The position numbers were made by a program, and so were the translations under genes. A model generated the notes under the pieces. The model saw only the letters and a list, made by a program, of their open reading frames with translations, made no database searches and was not told where the DNA came from. DNA of 63,170 nucleotides, the filler included, from Octopus bimaculoides (taxonomy: Eukaryota), in the NCBI RefSeq assembly GCF_001194135.2. It is 3 parts of 3 records of this genome, joined end to end, with 100 filler letters (N's around TTAATTAATTAA, not from the genome) between each part and the next. Parts side by side here need not be neighbours in the genome. Positions count along the whole stretch, not along the records: positions 10,362 to 38,962 come from NC_068986.1; positions 39,063 to 63,170 come from NC_068997.1; 1 more part is not named here. The stretch is one strand, 5' to 3'. Shown piece after piece: positions 37,963-50,849 of this stretch (position 1 is its first letter; the number at the start of each line of letters is the position of its first letter).

Positions 37963-38412
37963 CAGCAACAGCAATATCATCACCATTTCCATTACTATCA
38001 TTTGTAATATAATTATATCATTATAATCATGTTTTCAGAAGTTTCGTGCGTGTTTTATATTGTTCCATCAGTTGCACCTCCTTGTTTTTTGAGGTGTGGA
38101 GTAATGTCTTCTTGTAACTGAGAATTGTTTGTATTTATATCAGTTTTATTTGTGAGAAGGTTTTTTCATTAATTCTTTTTGATGTTAATTTAGTGGTTCG
38201 TCTATTGAGTGCAATGTATACTGTGTGATTGGTGTTATTTTATTGGGTAATGATTGTATTTTATGTGTTGTGTGTTTTGCTGTCCATTGTAATATTATGT
38301 GATGTTTAATCGTGTAGAACGGTGCTTCTTGATTTCTTGATCGTTTCGTGTTCATAGAATCCCCAAGATTGAGAGAAAATGTTTGAAACCTCTAAGATAC
38401 TAGTAATATATA

Positions 38413-38849
38413 TTCTTTTCTTCTTTTATTCTTTTACTCGTTTCAGTCATTTGACTGAGACCATGCTGAAGCACCGCCTTTTAGTCGAAGAAATTAACCC
38501 AATGAATAATTCTTTGAAAGCCTGGTACTTATTCTATCAGTTTCTTATGCCGACCGCTAAGTTACGGGGTCATAGACATACCAATATTGGTTGTCAAGTG
38601 ATGGTGTACGGGGTCAAACAAAGATAGAAAGATACACACACATAATTATATACATGCACACACACACACATATATATATACGTGCATATATACATATATA
38701 TAGTTTCCGACTACCAAATCCACTCACCAGGTTTTGGTCGACCCGAGGCTATAGTAGAAGACATTTACTCAAGGTGCCACGCAGTGGCACTGAAACCGGA
38801 ACCATATGGTTGGGAAGCAAGTTTCTTACCATACAGCTAGCCCTGCGCC
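38413..38849 (-). mobile_element. SINE family A, full length
   Basis: Reverse complement from ggcgcagggctagctgtatggtaag to aaacgagtaaaagaataaaag aligns with 7884-8289. Confidence 0.88.
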
Positions 38850-38962
38850 CATACACACACATATAATTATATATATATTTATGTATGTATATATATATGT
38901 ATACTTATACATATACATATAAAAATATATATATATTATTTACATATACACGCATATATATA

Positions 38963-39062
38963 NNNNNNNNNNNNNNNNNNNNNNNNNNNNNNNNNNNNNN
39001 NNNNNNTTAATTAATTAANNNNNNNNNNNNNNNNNNNNNNNNNNNNNNNNNNNNNNNNNNNN
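38963..39062. other. Artificial scaffold linker (44 N + TTAATTAATTAA + 44 N)
   Basis: Same structure as 10262-10361. Confidence 0.9.
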
Positions 39063-39182
39063 GCAAAAGAGACGATACTAGGCTTACAAAGAATAAGTCC
39101 TGGGGTCGATTTGCTCGACTAAAGGTGGTGCTCCAGCATGGCCACAGTCAAATGACTGAAACAAGTAAAAGAGTAAAAGAGA
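39063..39182 (+). mobile_element. SINE family A 3' fragment
   Basis: Near-identical to 8185-8289. Confidence 0.88.
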
Positions 39183-39194
39183 TATATAAATAAA

Positions 39195-39415
39195 GGCGAG
39201 GTGAAAGAATCGTTAACACGCCGGACGAAGTGCTTAGCGGTATTTCTACTGTCTTTAATTTCTGAGTTCAAATTCCGCCGGAAATTTTTGGGAGGGGGGG
39301 GCATTCGATTACATCTACCCGAGTACTAAACTGGTACTTCATTTATCGACCTCGAAAGGATGAAAGGCAAAGTCGACTTTGGCGGAATTTGGACCACCGT
39401 GCTAACGAGTCTGCC
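39195..39415. mobile_element. Rearranged SINE family B: plus-strand head fused to minus-strand, internally deleted copy
   Basis: 39195-39280 is the head in forward orientation; 39281-39415 is the reverse complement of tail, Nin-like domain and a head remnant. Confidence 0.8.
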
Positions 39416-39833
39416 TTCCTCTGACTAAATAGTAAAACTAAAAAGAATAAACGTATCTTTACGTTGCGAGTTCGAATCCCACTAGTGATAATTTGACTTA
39501 TCTCTTTATTCTTACAGAAATCTGTAAAAATAACTTATTATAAAAATACATCATTTAATAAACTTTTCTCTTTTTCTTCCCCTATCAATCTGTGATCTAG
39601 TGCCAAAGCTAAACATCGATATTCGACCTCTCGTCTTGATTATTAACCTATCACTTTTCACTCATTCAATTGTTTCGTCATCATCATTTCCAGGCGTTCT
39701 TTTCCACCTTTAATCAAGTCTATTCTAAGAATAATAGAATTCTATAAAAGAACGTTGATTCTGACATAATTTACGTCCTCTGTTTTGTATTTCAGCCCCG
39801 GGCAATGTCTAAATAATCAATAATTAAAGCAAA

Positions 39834-40011
39834 TATTGATATCAAATTTTGGCACAAGGCCAGCAAATTCGGGGGAGGGAGTAGGTCGATTACATCGACC
39901 CCAGTGCTTAACTGGTACATAATTTATCGATTCCGAAAGGATGAAAGGCAAAGTCGACCTCGGTGGATTTTGAACTCGGAACGTAATGGCAGACGAAATA
40001 CCGCTAAGCAT
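39834..40011 (-). mobile_element. SINE family B lacking the extreme 5' end
   Basis: Contains ccgaaaggatgaaaggcaaagtcgacctcgg and gaactcggaacgt. Confidence 0.9.
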
Positions 40012-40399
40012 GGATGGTGTTGACCCACCACACGTATGCATGGATCAAGGGCGGTTGGTGTTAAACAATCAAAGGAACCCAAGAGTCAGGGAATGATGTC
40101 CAACCACTAAAGATACCAAAGAATCATTTAGTGGTGTTGATAGCGTCGAACAAAATGCTTAGGGATGTTTCTTTTGCCTTTTTACGTTCTGAGTTGATCC
40201 CCACTCATTTCTTTTTGGGTATTTTCTTTAAAGGAAGCCTTCTGCAATATTTTAGCAATCTCTTTGCATCACGAAACACATAAATTTGGCAGTTTCTGAC
40301 ATTTCTTTTGAAATTATATTTGTTTACATTCAACTTAAGATGGTGGCTCGCCAGACAAAAACACAACACCCTCATGACAACAAGAACCAATACAACAAT

Positions 40400-41390
40400 G
40401 CAGTAAAAATTTTAAAATAATTTAATTGTACCAAAAATAAGATGACATGAGAATCACTGAATGTTTAGCACGGCTGAACATTCTGATGAGGACGATGCCC
40501 TGAAAATTGAAGAGGATGTAGGGAGCAGTTTTTAGCCGATGCTCATTTAATTGAATAATGGTAAAGACGTCAGCAATGGCCTTGAAAGAAGCATTCCTGG
40601 TGGACATTAGATGCTTAGATGCAATTTGCACCGTTCCATGCAGAAAATTGTCACGGGCGTCAGGAGATTGGCTGGGCCCAAAAAGTATTTTGATCCCATT
40701 TTCAGTCAGTCATTGTTGATTCCTTTTTGCTGCGTGGCATGGAGCCCCATCTTCCATGAATAAAAACTCATTCTTCGTTATGTTATCGTGCGAATACATC
40801 GGAAGTAATCTTTGCTTAAGTATTTCGAAGTACTTTTCAGAGTTTATGGTTCCAACACATTCGATCAGCTCAGAACGACCATTGCTGGTGACAGCTCCCC
40901 ACTGTCTGAAAATAATGCAAATCTGCATTCATCCGAGAAAAATCACTTTATTCCAAAATGAACTGGATTTTTCTGACATCTCCTTAGCCAATTTCTTTCT
41001 TTTATAATATTAATTGGTTGAAGGAAAGGTTTTCTTCTAGCTGCTCGTCTATAATACCCAAGCTTATGCAGATATGTAACACACGTTCTTGGACTAACTT
41101 CTAGCTGTTTGTTTTGCAATGTCAGAAGCCTTCGAACGGGATTCGTTTTCCGTAATTCTCCTCAAACAGCGAAGCTTTTTTTTCGAGGGCCATGATTACC
41201 TGCTACACCTGCAGAACTTCCCAAACAGTTCTGATCTCACCTCTACCCTGATTGTTTGTGCCACCAGCAAACCATTTCCAAACATAGTTTTCATTTCATC
41301 ACGAAAAGGCCAGGCTAAAGAAAAAGAAACAAAAAAAGAAGAAACCCCCAAAATGCCGAAACTCACCCGTCATCACAGTGTGCACAAATT
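40400..41390 (-). mobile_element. Tc1-type transposase relic
   Basis: VSPRTCVTYLHKLGYYRRAARRKPFL (HTH_Tnp_Tc3-like), WNKVIF/SDE, WGAVT..G...GTINSEKYFEIL, FMEDGAPCH, GPSQSPD. Stops and frameshifts present. Confidence 0.88.
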
Positions 41391-41691
41391 TACTTTATGA
41401 AGTTTTGAATTTTAATATTAAGGATCATTACAGAAATAAATGGATGGAGTTGTTTCCGCCGAAACGATATTGGAATTCAGAAGAGACTGGAGAAATTTTA
41501 TGAATTTCTATGAAGCTAAAAACCAAGACAGAAAAAATAAATAAAATAAACAAATAAAAAATAAATACAAAGATGATCACCAGAACTATAAGTTGCTATT
41601 ATTATGGACTGAAAAAGTCAAATTATATTTATCTTCATAGTGGCTTACTCACTGAAATACAATATCACACAAAAGCTTCGTAGTAATTACG

Positions 41692-41764
<73 letters not shown>

Positions 41765-42374
41765 GTGGCTGTCATTATAAATCTTCGTCCATTTTGTTAT
41801 TTTTCACTCTGAATGTAATTCCAAATTTTAAAATAGAGAAAGATTTAAAAATTTAAAGTACAACTGACTTGTTGTATAGTTTCAGGAAGCAACACAAAGA
41901 ATGCAAATTCTATTATGTTTTAGTTTAAATGGAAAAGAGTTATTACTGGAAATACCACGTGACTTTTTTTTTATTATTAACAATGGGAGAGGAAGAGATT
42001 GTTGTAATTGATACGGACTGCATTTAGTGTAGAGGGAACAGGAGAAGAAGACAAACTCATGCCTTTGTTGATTCTTATATTTATTCAAACAAACAAAATT
42101 ACAGAAAGTTAGGCACACATATACACACGCAATCACACACACACATACAAAGGCACTCACACATGCATATACACTCACTCGCTCGCTCACTGAGCCTTCG
42201 TCCGTTTCGACGATGGGTATTCTAGTTGTTCGCTCAACAGAACTATCATCAAATTGAATAATTTTGTAAGTGGCTGTGTATTCCACAGGCATGTGTATGT
42301 TCACGTAATTCTAGAGGCCAAATTCTAAAGACTGGGCCTTTAGAATTCCAGAATTAATTCTGAGAAATACTGCA

Positions 42375-42728
42375 CACAACTGGACGAGTTAAGAGCAGCA
42401 ATTCAAGAGAAACGTCCAGAATTGGTCAACAGGATGGGTGCTGTTTTCCAACATGATAATGCAAGACCGCACGTTTCTTTGGGAACCAGACAAAAATTGT
42501 TGCAGCTTGGCTGGGATGTGTTACCCCCACCCTCCATATTCACCAGATGTTGCTCCTTCGAATTTCCACTTATTCAGGTCTCTACAGAATAGTCTTAATG
42601 GTAAAAATTTGAATCCCTTGGATGACGTAAAAAGATACCTTGATGAATTCTGGGAAGAGGGTATTTTTAAGTTAAAGGAAAGATGGAGACGCATTGTGCA
42701 ACAAAATGGGTTATATTTAGTAGATTAA
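42375..42728 (+). mobile_element. mariner transposase C-terminal fragment
   Basis: QEKRPELVNR..AVFQHDNARPH...GWDVL(fs)HPPYSPDVAPSNFHLFRSLQN...RWRRIVQQNGLYLVD*. The third catalytic D at the D34D position reads N. Confidence 0.92.
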
Positions 42729-43736
42729 AAATGTGTGTCCGCACCCTCAAGGGTGAAACATAAAAGAAAAGAATATATCTATCTATCTGTATATATACGT
42801 NNNNNNNNNNNNNNNNNNNNNNNNNNNNNNNNNNNNNNNNNNNNNNNNNNNNNNNNNNNNNNNNNNNNNNNNNNNNNNNNNNNNNNNNNNNNNNNNNNNN
42901 NNNNNNNNNNNNNNNNNNNNNNNNNNNNNNNNNNNNNNNNNNNNNNNNNNNNNNNNNNNNNNNNNNNNNNNNNNNNNNNNNNNNNNNNNNNNNNNNNNNN
43001 NNNNNNNNNNNNNNNNNNNNNNNNNNNNNNNNNNNNNNNNNNNNNNNNNNNNNNNNNNNNNNNNNNNNNNNNNNNNNNNNNNNNNNNNNNNNNNNNNNNN
43101 NNNNNNNNNNNNNNNNNNNNNNNNNNNNNNNNNNNNNNNNNNNNNNNNNNNNNNNNNNNNNNNNNNNNNNNNNNNNNNNNNNNNNNNNNNNNNNNNNNNN
43201 NNNNNNNNNNNNNNNNNNNNNNNNNNNNNNNNNNNNNNNNNNNNNNNNNNNNNNNNNNNNNNNNNNNNNNNNNNNNNNNNNNNNNNNNNNNNNNNNNNNN
43301 NNNNNNNNNNNNNNNNNNNNNNNNNNNNNNNNNNNNNNNNNNNNNNNNNNNNNNNNNNNNNNNNNNNNNNNNNNNNNNNNNNNNNNNNNNNNNNNNNNNN
43401 NNNNNNNNNNNNNNNNNNNNNNNNNNNNNNNNNNNNNNNNNNNNNNNNNNNNNNNNNNNNNNNNNNNNNNNNNNNNNNNNNNNNNNNNNNNNNNNNNNNN
43501 NNNNNNNNNNNNNNNNNNNNNNNNNNNNNNNNNNNNNNNNNNNNNNNNNNNNNNNNNNNNNNNNNNNNNNNNNNNNNNNNNNNNNNNNNNNNNNNNNNNN
43601 NNNNNNNNNNNNNNNNNNNNNNNNNNNNNNNNNNNNNNNNNNNNNNNNNNNNNNNNNNNNNNNNNNNNNNNNNNNNNNNNNNNNNNNNNNNNNNNNNNNN
43701 NNNNNNNNNNNNNNNNNNNNNNNNNNNNNNNNNNNN

Positions 43737-43770
<34 letters not shown>

Positions 43771-44412
43771 TGTGTGTGTGTATATATATGGAAGCGAAGA
43801 AGATAATTCGTCAAGTTAGATATAGACTTCACAATGCATTGGAGCCTGCTCTTTTCTGTTCGAATTTCATCCTTGAATCTAACATCATTCCGCTATAATG
43901 CTTAATCGGAAATTAATAATTGCACATACATTCTTTCATACATACATACATACATACATACATACATACATACATACATACATACATACATGTATGTATG
44001 TATACACAAGCGTATATATATGCACACAGTTGTGTGTTATTGAATATTAGATAACGACAAACGTCTTTTAGTTTCTGTCTTTATCCTTTTCTTTTTATCT
44101 TTGTCACTTAGCAATTCTACTTCTTTCCCCTCTTCTTCCTCACTTCCTCCCATCTTTTGACATAAGCATCTTATATATATATAGATCGGAAGANNNNNNN
44201 NNNTATATATATATATATATATATATATTGTGTGAGAGAGAGGGAGTGAGAGAGAGACAGGGAGAAGTAGAGAGGGTGTGTGCGTGTGTGTTTATTTATG
44301 TGTGTACAACTATCAAAATAATTAAGAAACAAACAGTTATATGCGATATGTCGGCTGATATATTTCTTGACTAACTCAACAAAACATGTATCGAACTGAC
44401 AAGAACTTCTAA

Positions 44413-44557
44413 CGGAAGTGATCTAATCCGGAAGTGATCTCCATTGTTCATAAAGTATAAAAGTAATGAAGATTACTCATACCGCGATGGTGGTATGAGT
44501 AATCTTCCTTGTCAGGAAATGTCGTTTGTTTTAATTCCGTTAATGAAGTAGGTAAGC
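44413..44557 (+). promoter_or_regulatory. Candidate promoter-like module: paired CGGAAGTG motifs, TATA box, hairpin, splice donor
   Basis: cggaagtgatct x2 (44413, 44429); TATAAAAG at 44456-44463; 16-bp perfect inverted repeat 44468-44483/44492-44507; AG|GTAAGC at 44552. Function is inferred. Confidence 0.3.
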
Positions 44558-44575
44558 AAATATTGAAAGTGGTAC

Positions 44576-44634
<59 letters not shown>

Positions 44635-45059
44635 GCTAGCTAGCTATCTATCAGACTTTTATGCTGACTGTCTGTCTGTTGTGTGTGTGTGTATCGTTGA
44701 AAGTAGTGCATGAATCTATATGATATTTAATCACTGACAGTGCACAATAATTAAGCAGGCAGTCGGTGCTATGACTTCATGCGTGTATGAATTAAACAAA
44801 CAAGAAGAATGGACCTAAAATATTGTCACTTAAAAAAAAAAACGAATTTGTCTGAAGGAATATGTGTGATGATCATAACTATTCTTATACGTGTTCACAG
44901 TCAGGCTAATATAATTTTACTAACCATCTCTGTACTGGGAACATTTTCCATCGTTACACAAGTACCTTTGTGAAACGCTTATCATCCGGAGAATGTGATA
45001 TTACTGTATCTATAATGAGGTGTCTGATTCGGAATATTTATAAGATATTTATGCTGAAG

Positions 45060-45200
45060 TGTTTGTGCTACACCTGATGACAGCTGTAACCAGATTTTGA
45101 GTACAACTGTTTCTAAGTATGATATTATATTTATTCAAAGGATTGTAATAAAAATTATTATGTGGGAAGTGTTTGTCTACAACATTTGAGAAGCTATGAG
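45060..45200 (-). mobile_element. Penelope-like fragment (region between RT and GIY-YIG)
   Basis: FSNVVDKHFPHNNFYYNPLNKYNIILRNSCTQN resembles the PLE motif L.DKHFP...IFN...K.SYSC..N. Confidence 0.5.
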
Positions 45201-45291
45201 TTATATAGCAAGATGCATTTAAAGTGAAGAGAGAGGGATGAACCATATAATTGTTTAGTTTCCGAGTTCTTTGTATTTTTTATGATATATA

Positions 45292-45364
45292 GGCGCAGGA
45301 TTCTCAACCATATGGTTTCGTGGCACCTCGGGCAAGTGTTTTCGACTATAGCCATGGGCCGACC
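45292..45364 (+). mobile_element. SINE family A head with internal deletions
   Basis: ggcgcagga...aaccatatggtt...cgtggcacctcgggcaagtgttttcgactatagccatgggccgacc. Confidence 0.75.
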
Positions 45365-45816
45365 GTGTGTGTGTATGTCTCTCACTCTCTCTCTCTGTAC
45401 GAGGTGTTCAGCTATGTTCTTGCGAGTCAGGAATTGATGGGTGTACCATGAATTTTTAGTTTTCTTCAAAGCAAAATTAATTAATGGATTTTGATGCAGT
45501 TTTGATTCCAGGATTAAACAAAATCTTCGTAATATGGAGGACATCCATATTCTTCCGTAGGCAAGGGAGATAATTCTGACCTCCTCCAGTGCCATAAACA
45601 TATTTATTATGATCATAACGAGAAAGTGTCCGTAATGCGTACATATATGTGTGAGTGTGTGTGTGTGAGTGCGTATGTATGTATATGTATGCATGTAGAC
45701 ACACACACACACATAAAAACGCACACACATATATGTATATATGCGTGTATGTGTGTGTCTATCTGTGTATGTAATTTACTACCTGGTTGTCAGATTTCAA
45801 CCCTAGCTCTCTCCCT

Positions 45817-45848
<32 letters not shown>

Positions 45849-46146
45849 AAATTTTATCTTCATCTTCCCCCATATTCACTCTCACCGACGTTCACCTTCC
45901 ATCCCTCTGCATCACATCATCTCCTGACTCACCCACACCCTCACCGATATCTAGATCATTGTGTCAATTATCATAACAAGCCATACAATCCTCTACTGCC
46001 TCACCCCACCCCACACTATCTTTTAGACTATAATTTTTCCATTAGTTCTGCAGCCAACGAACATGGGACTCTACAAAATACACACACTTACGTATATACG
46101 CATGAATATATATCTATGCATATATACACACATATATATATATATA

Positions 46147-46202
<56 letters not shown>

Positions 46203-46414
46203 GTGCATACATTGAGACATAGATAGATAGATACATAGATAGATACACACTCAAACCTATATATGTACATTTTACTTTTATGAGGGTATCTCTATATGTG
46301 TATGTATGTATATATATATATATACATATATATATGCGTGCGTGTGTGTGTGAGTGTGTGTATGTGCGTGTGCATGTGCGTAATTTATATGTAAATATGT
46401 ATAAACATACAGAT

Positions 46415-46889
46415 ATGACCAAATCCAAGCTTCTCTGCTAGTTCCTCGACGGTTACGATGGGATTTTGTTCCACCAGGGTTTGCATGACGTCCCCGCCGA
46501 GCTCTAAAGATCTCCCATGACGCTCTTCGTCTTCTAGGCTGTAGTTTCCGGCTTGGAACTTTTGGAACCACCATTGACACTAGCTTACACTTATTGTCCG
46601 ATCCCCATCTACTGCATTAATATTCCTCGCACTTTCTGTTGTGTTGTTGCCTTTATTGAACCCATAAAGCAAAATATCCCGAATATGATCCTTTGTCACT
46701 TCCATTATTGCTTTGAAAAAATAACTGTTAAAATCGAACTGCACTCTTCAAAACTTGCACTAAGAATAAGTACAAGGTAAAATTACTACCTGCTTTTATA
46801 GCAAGATGATGCAGGTAGTTTATACCATACCCCATCCGGATTTTAGTTCATGCAATTGAAAAAACCACATTATTCATGGGATGACCCAA

Positions 46890-46891
<2 letters not shown>
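46415..46891 (-). mobile_element. mariner 5' fragment with TIR and transposase N-terminus
   Basis: TIR tattgggtcatcccatgaataatgtggtttt (reverse complement of 46861-46891). MEVTKDHIRDILLYGFNKG...WFQKFQAGNYSLED...NPIVTVEELAEKLG. Confidence 0.9.
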
Positions 46892-46971
<80 letters not shown>

Positions 46972-47180
46972 CACCTACATACGTACGTACATATGCTCAA
47001 GAAGATATAAGAAAAAGAATGAAGAGTGATGTTAAGAATGAAATACAGAAAATGAAAGAGAAAAAGACGAGAGAATATGATCAAAATTTGTTTTGGGAGG
47101 GTAGACGGTAGTGTGAGAAAAATAAGGAGAGGACAACATAGGAAATAAGAAAATGACACAAAAGAGAGAAAGAAAGAGAG

Positions 47181-47246
<66 letters not shown>

Positions 47247-48056
47247 AAGAGAGGTAGGAGAGAAAAGAAGAAAGAAAGGAGCAAAATATACGATGACGAG
47301 ATGGTGAGAGAAAGATGTACTTTAGTGTGTGTGTGGATTTTTTGAGGATTTGGGAAGGAAATAACAAGAAGAAGGTGAATTTAGGGAAGAAATAAAGAAC
47401 TAGCATATATGAACAATTAAAAAAACAAACAAGATAAGATTTCTTCTTGGATTGTCAAAAAAAGGGGAAAAAATGTTAGGGGCTTAGGTTTTTGAGGAAA
47501 GAAATATAATTAAATAATTGGTTTTCTATTTGGCTCTTTGCTAATGAAGATAAAATTTGCCTAACTTCCGGTAAATCAGGATGGTGTGAAGAAGATTGGT
47601 GGATAGTGTTATTGGAGGTAATGATGTCCATTGTCCATTCTTCAGCGTTTCTCTCTTATAAAATCACCTCGTCTCTCCGCCCCACCTCCATTACTACCAC
47701 TATCATTACCCTCTCACCACCACCACCACTACTTCTACTACTACTACCACCACCACCACCGCACTAGACACAGCTACCACACATAATCGTCCCCAAATCG
47801 CACCTCAATACCTTAGCAATAAATATATGAAAATAACATAGCCTTGGGGTTTATTCCTTATAGGTCAAAGACGGCGTATATATGGATCCTGTATCTTTGA
47901 TCATAAGTCTGCTGGATCATAAGTCTGTTGGCCTAGGGCTAAATAACAACGACAACAACAGCAAAAACAATAGATATATCACTACGCCTTTGTACGCTGT
48001 TCTGCCATGTGGCCACCTCTTAACATCTCTGTAGCATTTCATAGACTTGACATGGA

Positions 48057-48097
<41 letters not shown>

Positions 48098-48099
<2 letters not shown>

Positions 48100-48928
48100 G
48101 TAAGTGACAAAGGAGCATATTCGGCATATTTTGCTTTATGAGTCCAATAGAGGCAACAACGCAATGGAAAGTGAGGAATATTAATGCAGTATATGGGGAT
48201 CGGACAATAAGCACAATCCAGTGTCAATGGTGGTTCCAGAAATTCCGAGCCGGAAAATACAGCCTAGAAGACAAGCCTCATCCTGGAAGATTTGTAGATC
48301 TCGACGAGGACGTCCTACAAACCCAGGTGGAACAAAATCCCATCGTAATTGTTGAGGAACTAGCAGAGAAGCTTGGATTTGGTCTTTCAACCATTCATCG
48401 ACATTTGCATGCCATCGGAAAAGTTAACAAATTGGGTCAATGTGTTCCTCACAAGCTTTCCGAGTTTAATAGTGCACAGAGAATGAGTGTGTCCACTGTG
48501 AACTTTTAAATCCAAACCAAATGATAACAAAGCAGATCTACTGCGAGCAGCTTAAGCACTTGAGTCAGCGCTAAATGAAAAACGGCCATCTTTAGTTTCA
48601 AAACGATAGGCGTTCTTCCATCCGGATAATGCTCGACCACAGACAGTGAAGATGACGTTCCAAAGGATGGAGTAGTTTAAATGGGAAACGATGCCTCACC
48701 CATCATATTTCCCGAAAGGATGAAAGGCAAAGTCGACTTCGGCGGAATTTGAACTCAGAACGTAGCGGCAGACGCAATACCGCTAAGCATTTCGTCTGGC
48801 GGTGCTAACGTTTCTGCCAGCTCATTGCCTTTGTATATATTATTGAGAATACATTATTGACTGATTTGTTGAAAAATGAAGACCAAAAGAAATGGGAAAA
48901 ACCGATGGTTTTATCTGGTAACCCAATA
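48098..48928 (+). mobile_element. Internally deleted mariner (same family as 46415-46891) with 3' TIR, interrupted by a SINE
   Basis: WWFQKFRAGKYSLED, QCVPHKLSE, FFHPDNARP, WETMPHPSY, then EYIID* after the SINE. TIR-like end ...acccaata at 48921-48928. Confidence 0.88.
48711..48829 (-). mobile_element. SINE family B 5' half inside mariner
   Basis: cccgaaaggatgaaaggcaaagtcgacttcggcgg...gtgctaacgtttctgccagctca. Confidence 0.9.
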
Positions 48929-49232
48929 TATATCTATCTGTCTGTCTGTCTGTCTTTATATACGTACATATATATATGTGTGTGTGCATCCTTTTGAACC
49001 TAAATATATGTGTGCGTATATATTTAGTTATATGTGATCTTATAGTACCATATATTTTGTGGATAAATTCAGTACTAATATAGAGAGAGTGACAGAGAGA
49101 GACAGAGAGACGTGAGGCTGTGCCGCAACTCCTTTGCCACTGTCTCTCATTTTTGAAAATCTGAAAAATCTGTGAAACCGGTTAATCCTTTATAAATAAA
49201 CCATCTAAAAGACTCCCAGTGCATTTTCAACT

Positions 49233-49321
<89 letters not shown>

Positions 49322-49325
49322 TAAA

Positions 49326-49371
<46 letters not shown>

Positions 49372-49715
49372 TATTAATGAGTAATCTTGTGTCTATACAC
49401 ATATACACACAAATATCTGCATAGACGTACGATTATCTGTTATAGTGTTTATACCTGGATATGTATATGTGTGTACGTGTATGTATTTTTATCATTGCGT
49501 CCGTATGCATGTATGCATGAATGTATGTATCCATCTATCTATATGTAGGTGTATACATATATGCGTGCGTGTGTGTGTGTGAGAGAGTAAGTGTAGAATG
49601 TATGTCAGTATATGCATATATATGTAAGTATATATATGTATCAACCACTCTCGTATGTTCACTTGCGTGTTTCTTGTGCTTATACAGACTTATATGCGTA
49701 CACATATGCATATAT

Positions 49716-49784
<69 letters not shown>

Positions 49785-50219
49785 CACATATATATATATC
49801 CGTACATATAAACGCATACACACGCACACACATATATGTATTATATATATATATAGTGTGTGTATATATATGTGTGTGTGTATGTATATATATGTGTGTG
49901 TGTATGTATATGCAAGATATATGCACATATATAAGCATAGATCTATAGATCAATATATTTAAAGAGGCATACATGTATGTGTATGTGCTTGTGTGTGTGT
50001 TTGTATGTGTGTACATGTGCATATATGTGTGTTTATGTATGTGTGGTGTTGGCGGGGAAGTTAATGTCAGGTTGCATTAGAAACACATATATTTCTTGCA
50101 AGCATCTTGATGCAGTTCTACGTAGATGCATTCTGGCGATGCATTTCGCTGCACCACCCTGCAAAAACGTTTCTCTTACCCTCCCCCATTAAAACATGCT
50201 ATTAAAACGGCAAATGGCT

Positions 50220-50426
50220 TTTACTATTACTATAGTAGTGGTAGTAGTTGTAGTAGTAGCAGTAGCATCTGTAGAAGTAGTACAAGTAGTAGTAGTGGCA
50301 GCGGTAGTAGAAGCAATAGTAGTAGTTGATAATGTAGTAGTGGTGGTTGTTGTTATTGTCGTAGTGGTAATTGTTATAGCTGTTGGTGATGTTGTTATTG
50401 CTAGAGTGGTTGTTCTTGTTAATGCT

Positions 50427-50473
<47 letters not shown>

Positions 50474-50690
50474 TATTGTTCTTATTCTAGTAGTAGTATT
50501 GGTTGTGGTTGTTGTCGTTGCTGTTGTTATTATTGTCGTTATTGCTGTCGTAGTGCTGGAAGTAACAGTAGTAGCAGTAGTAGTAGCGGTTGCGACCATC
50601 GTTGTTGTCTTTTTTTTATTGTTGTTGTTGTTGTTACTGTCGTAGAGTAGTTATTGTTGTATATATCGTCATCGTCGTTGTTGTTGTTGT
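50220..50690. repeat. Degenerate (GTA/GTT)n trinucleotide tract
   Basis: Directly visible; source of the poly-V/T ORFs. Confidence 0.9.
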
Positions 50691-50849
50691 TTAAGGCTTT
50701 AAAGATTTTAGTCTCAAGAACTTCATTTTTATTTACTTTCATATTTAGTCTTTTATTTTCTCTATTTTTTCGTTGTATTTGTAATTTTATTTTGTTATTT
50801 TTGACCTCGATGACTTTTGCATAAAGAAAGCGATATAAGCAGGAGTGAT

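Noticed and set aside
42195-42245. Minus-strand ctgttgag...cgaaac as a hammerhead ribozyme
   Set aside because: The core deviates from CUGANGA, and stems II and III cannot be formed.
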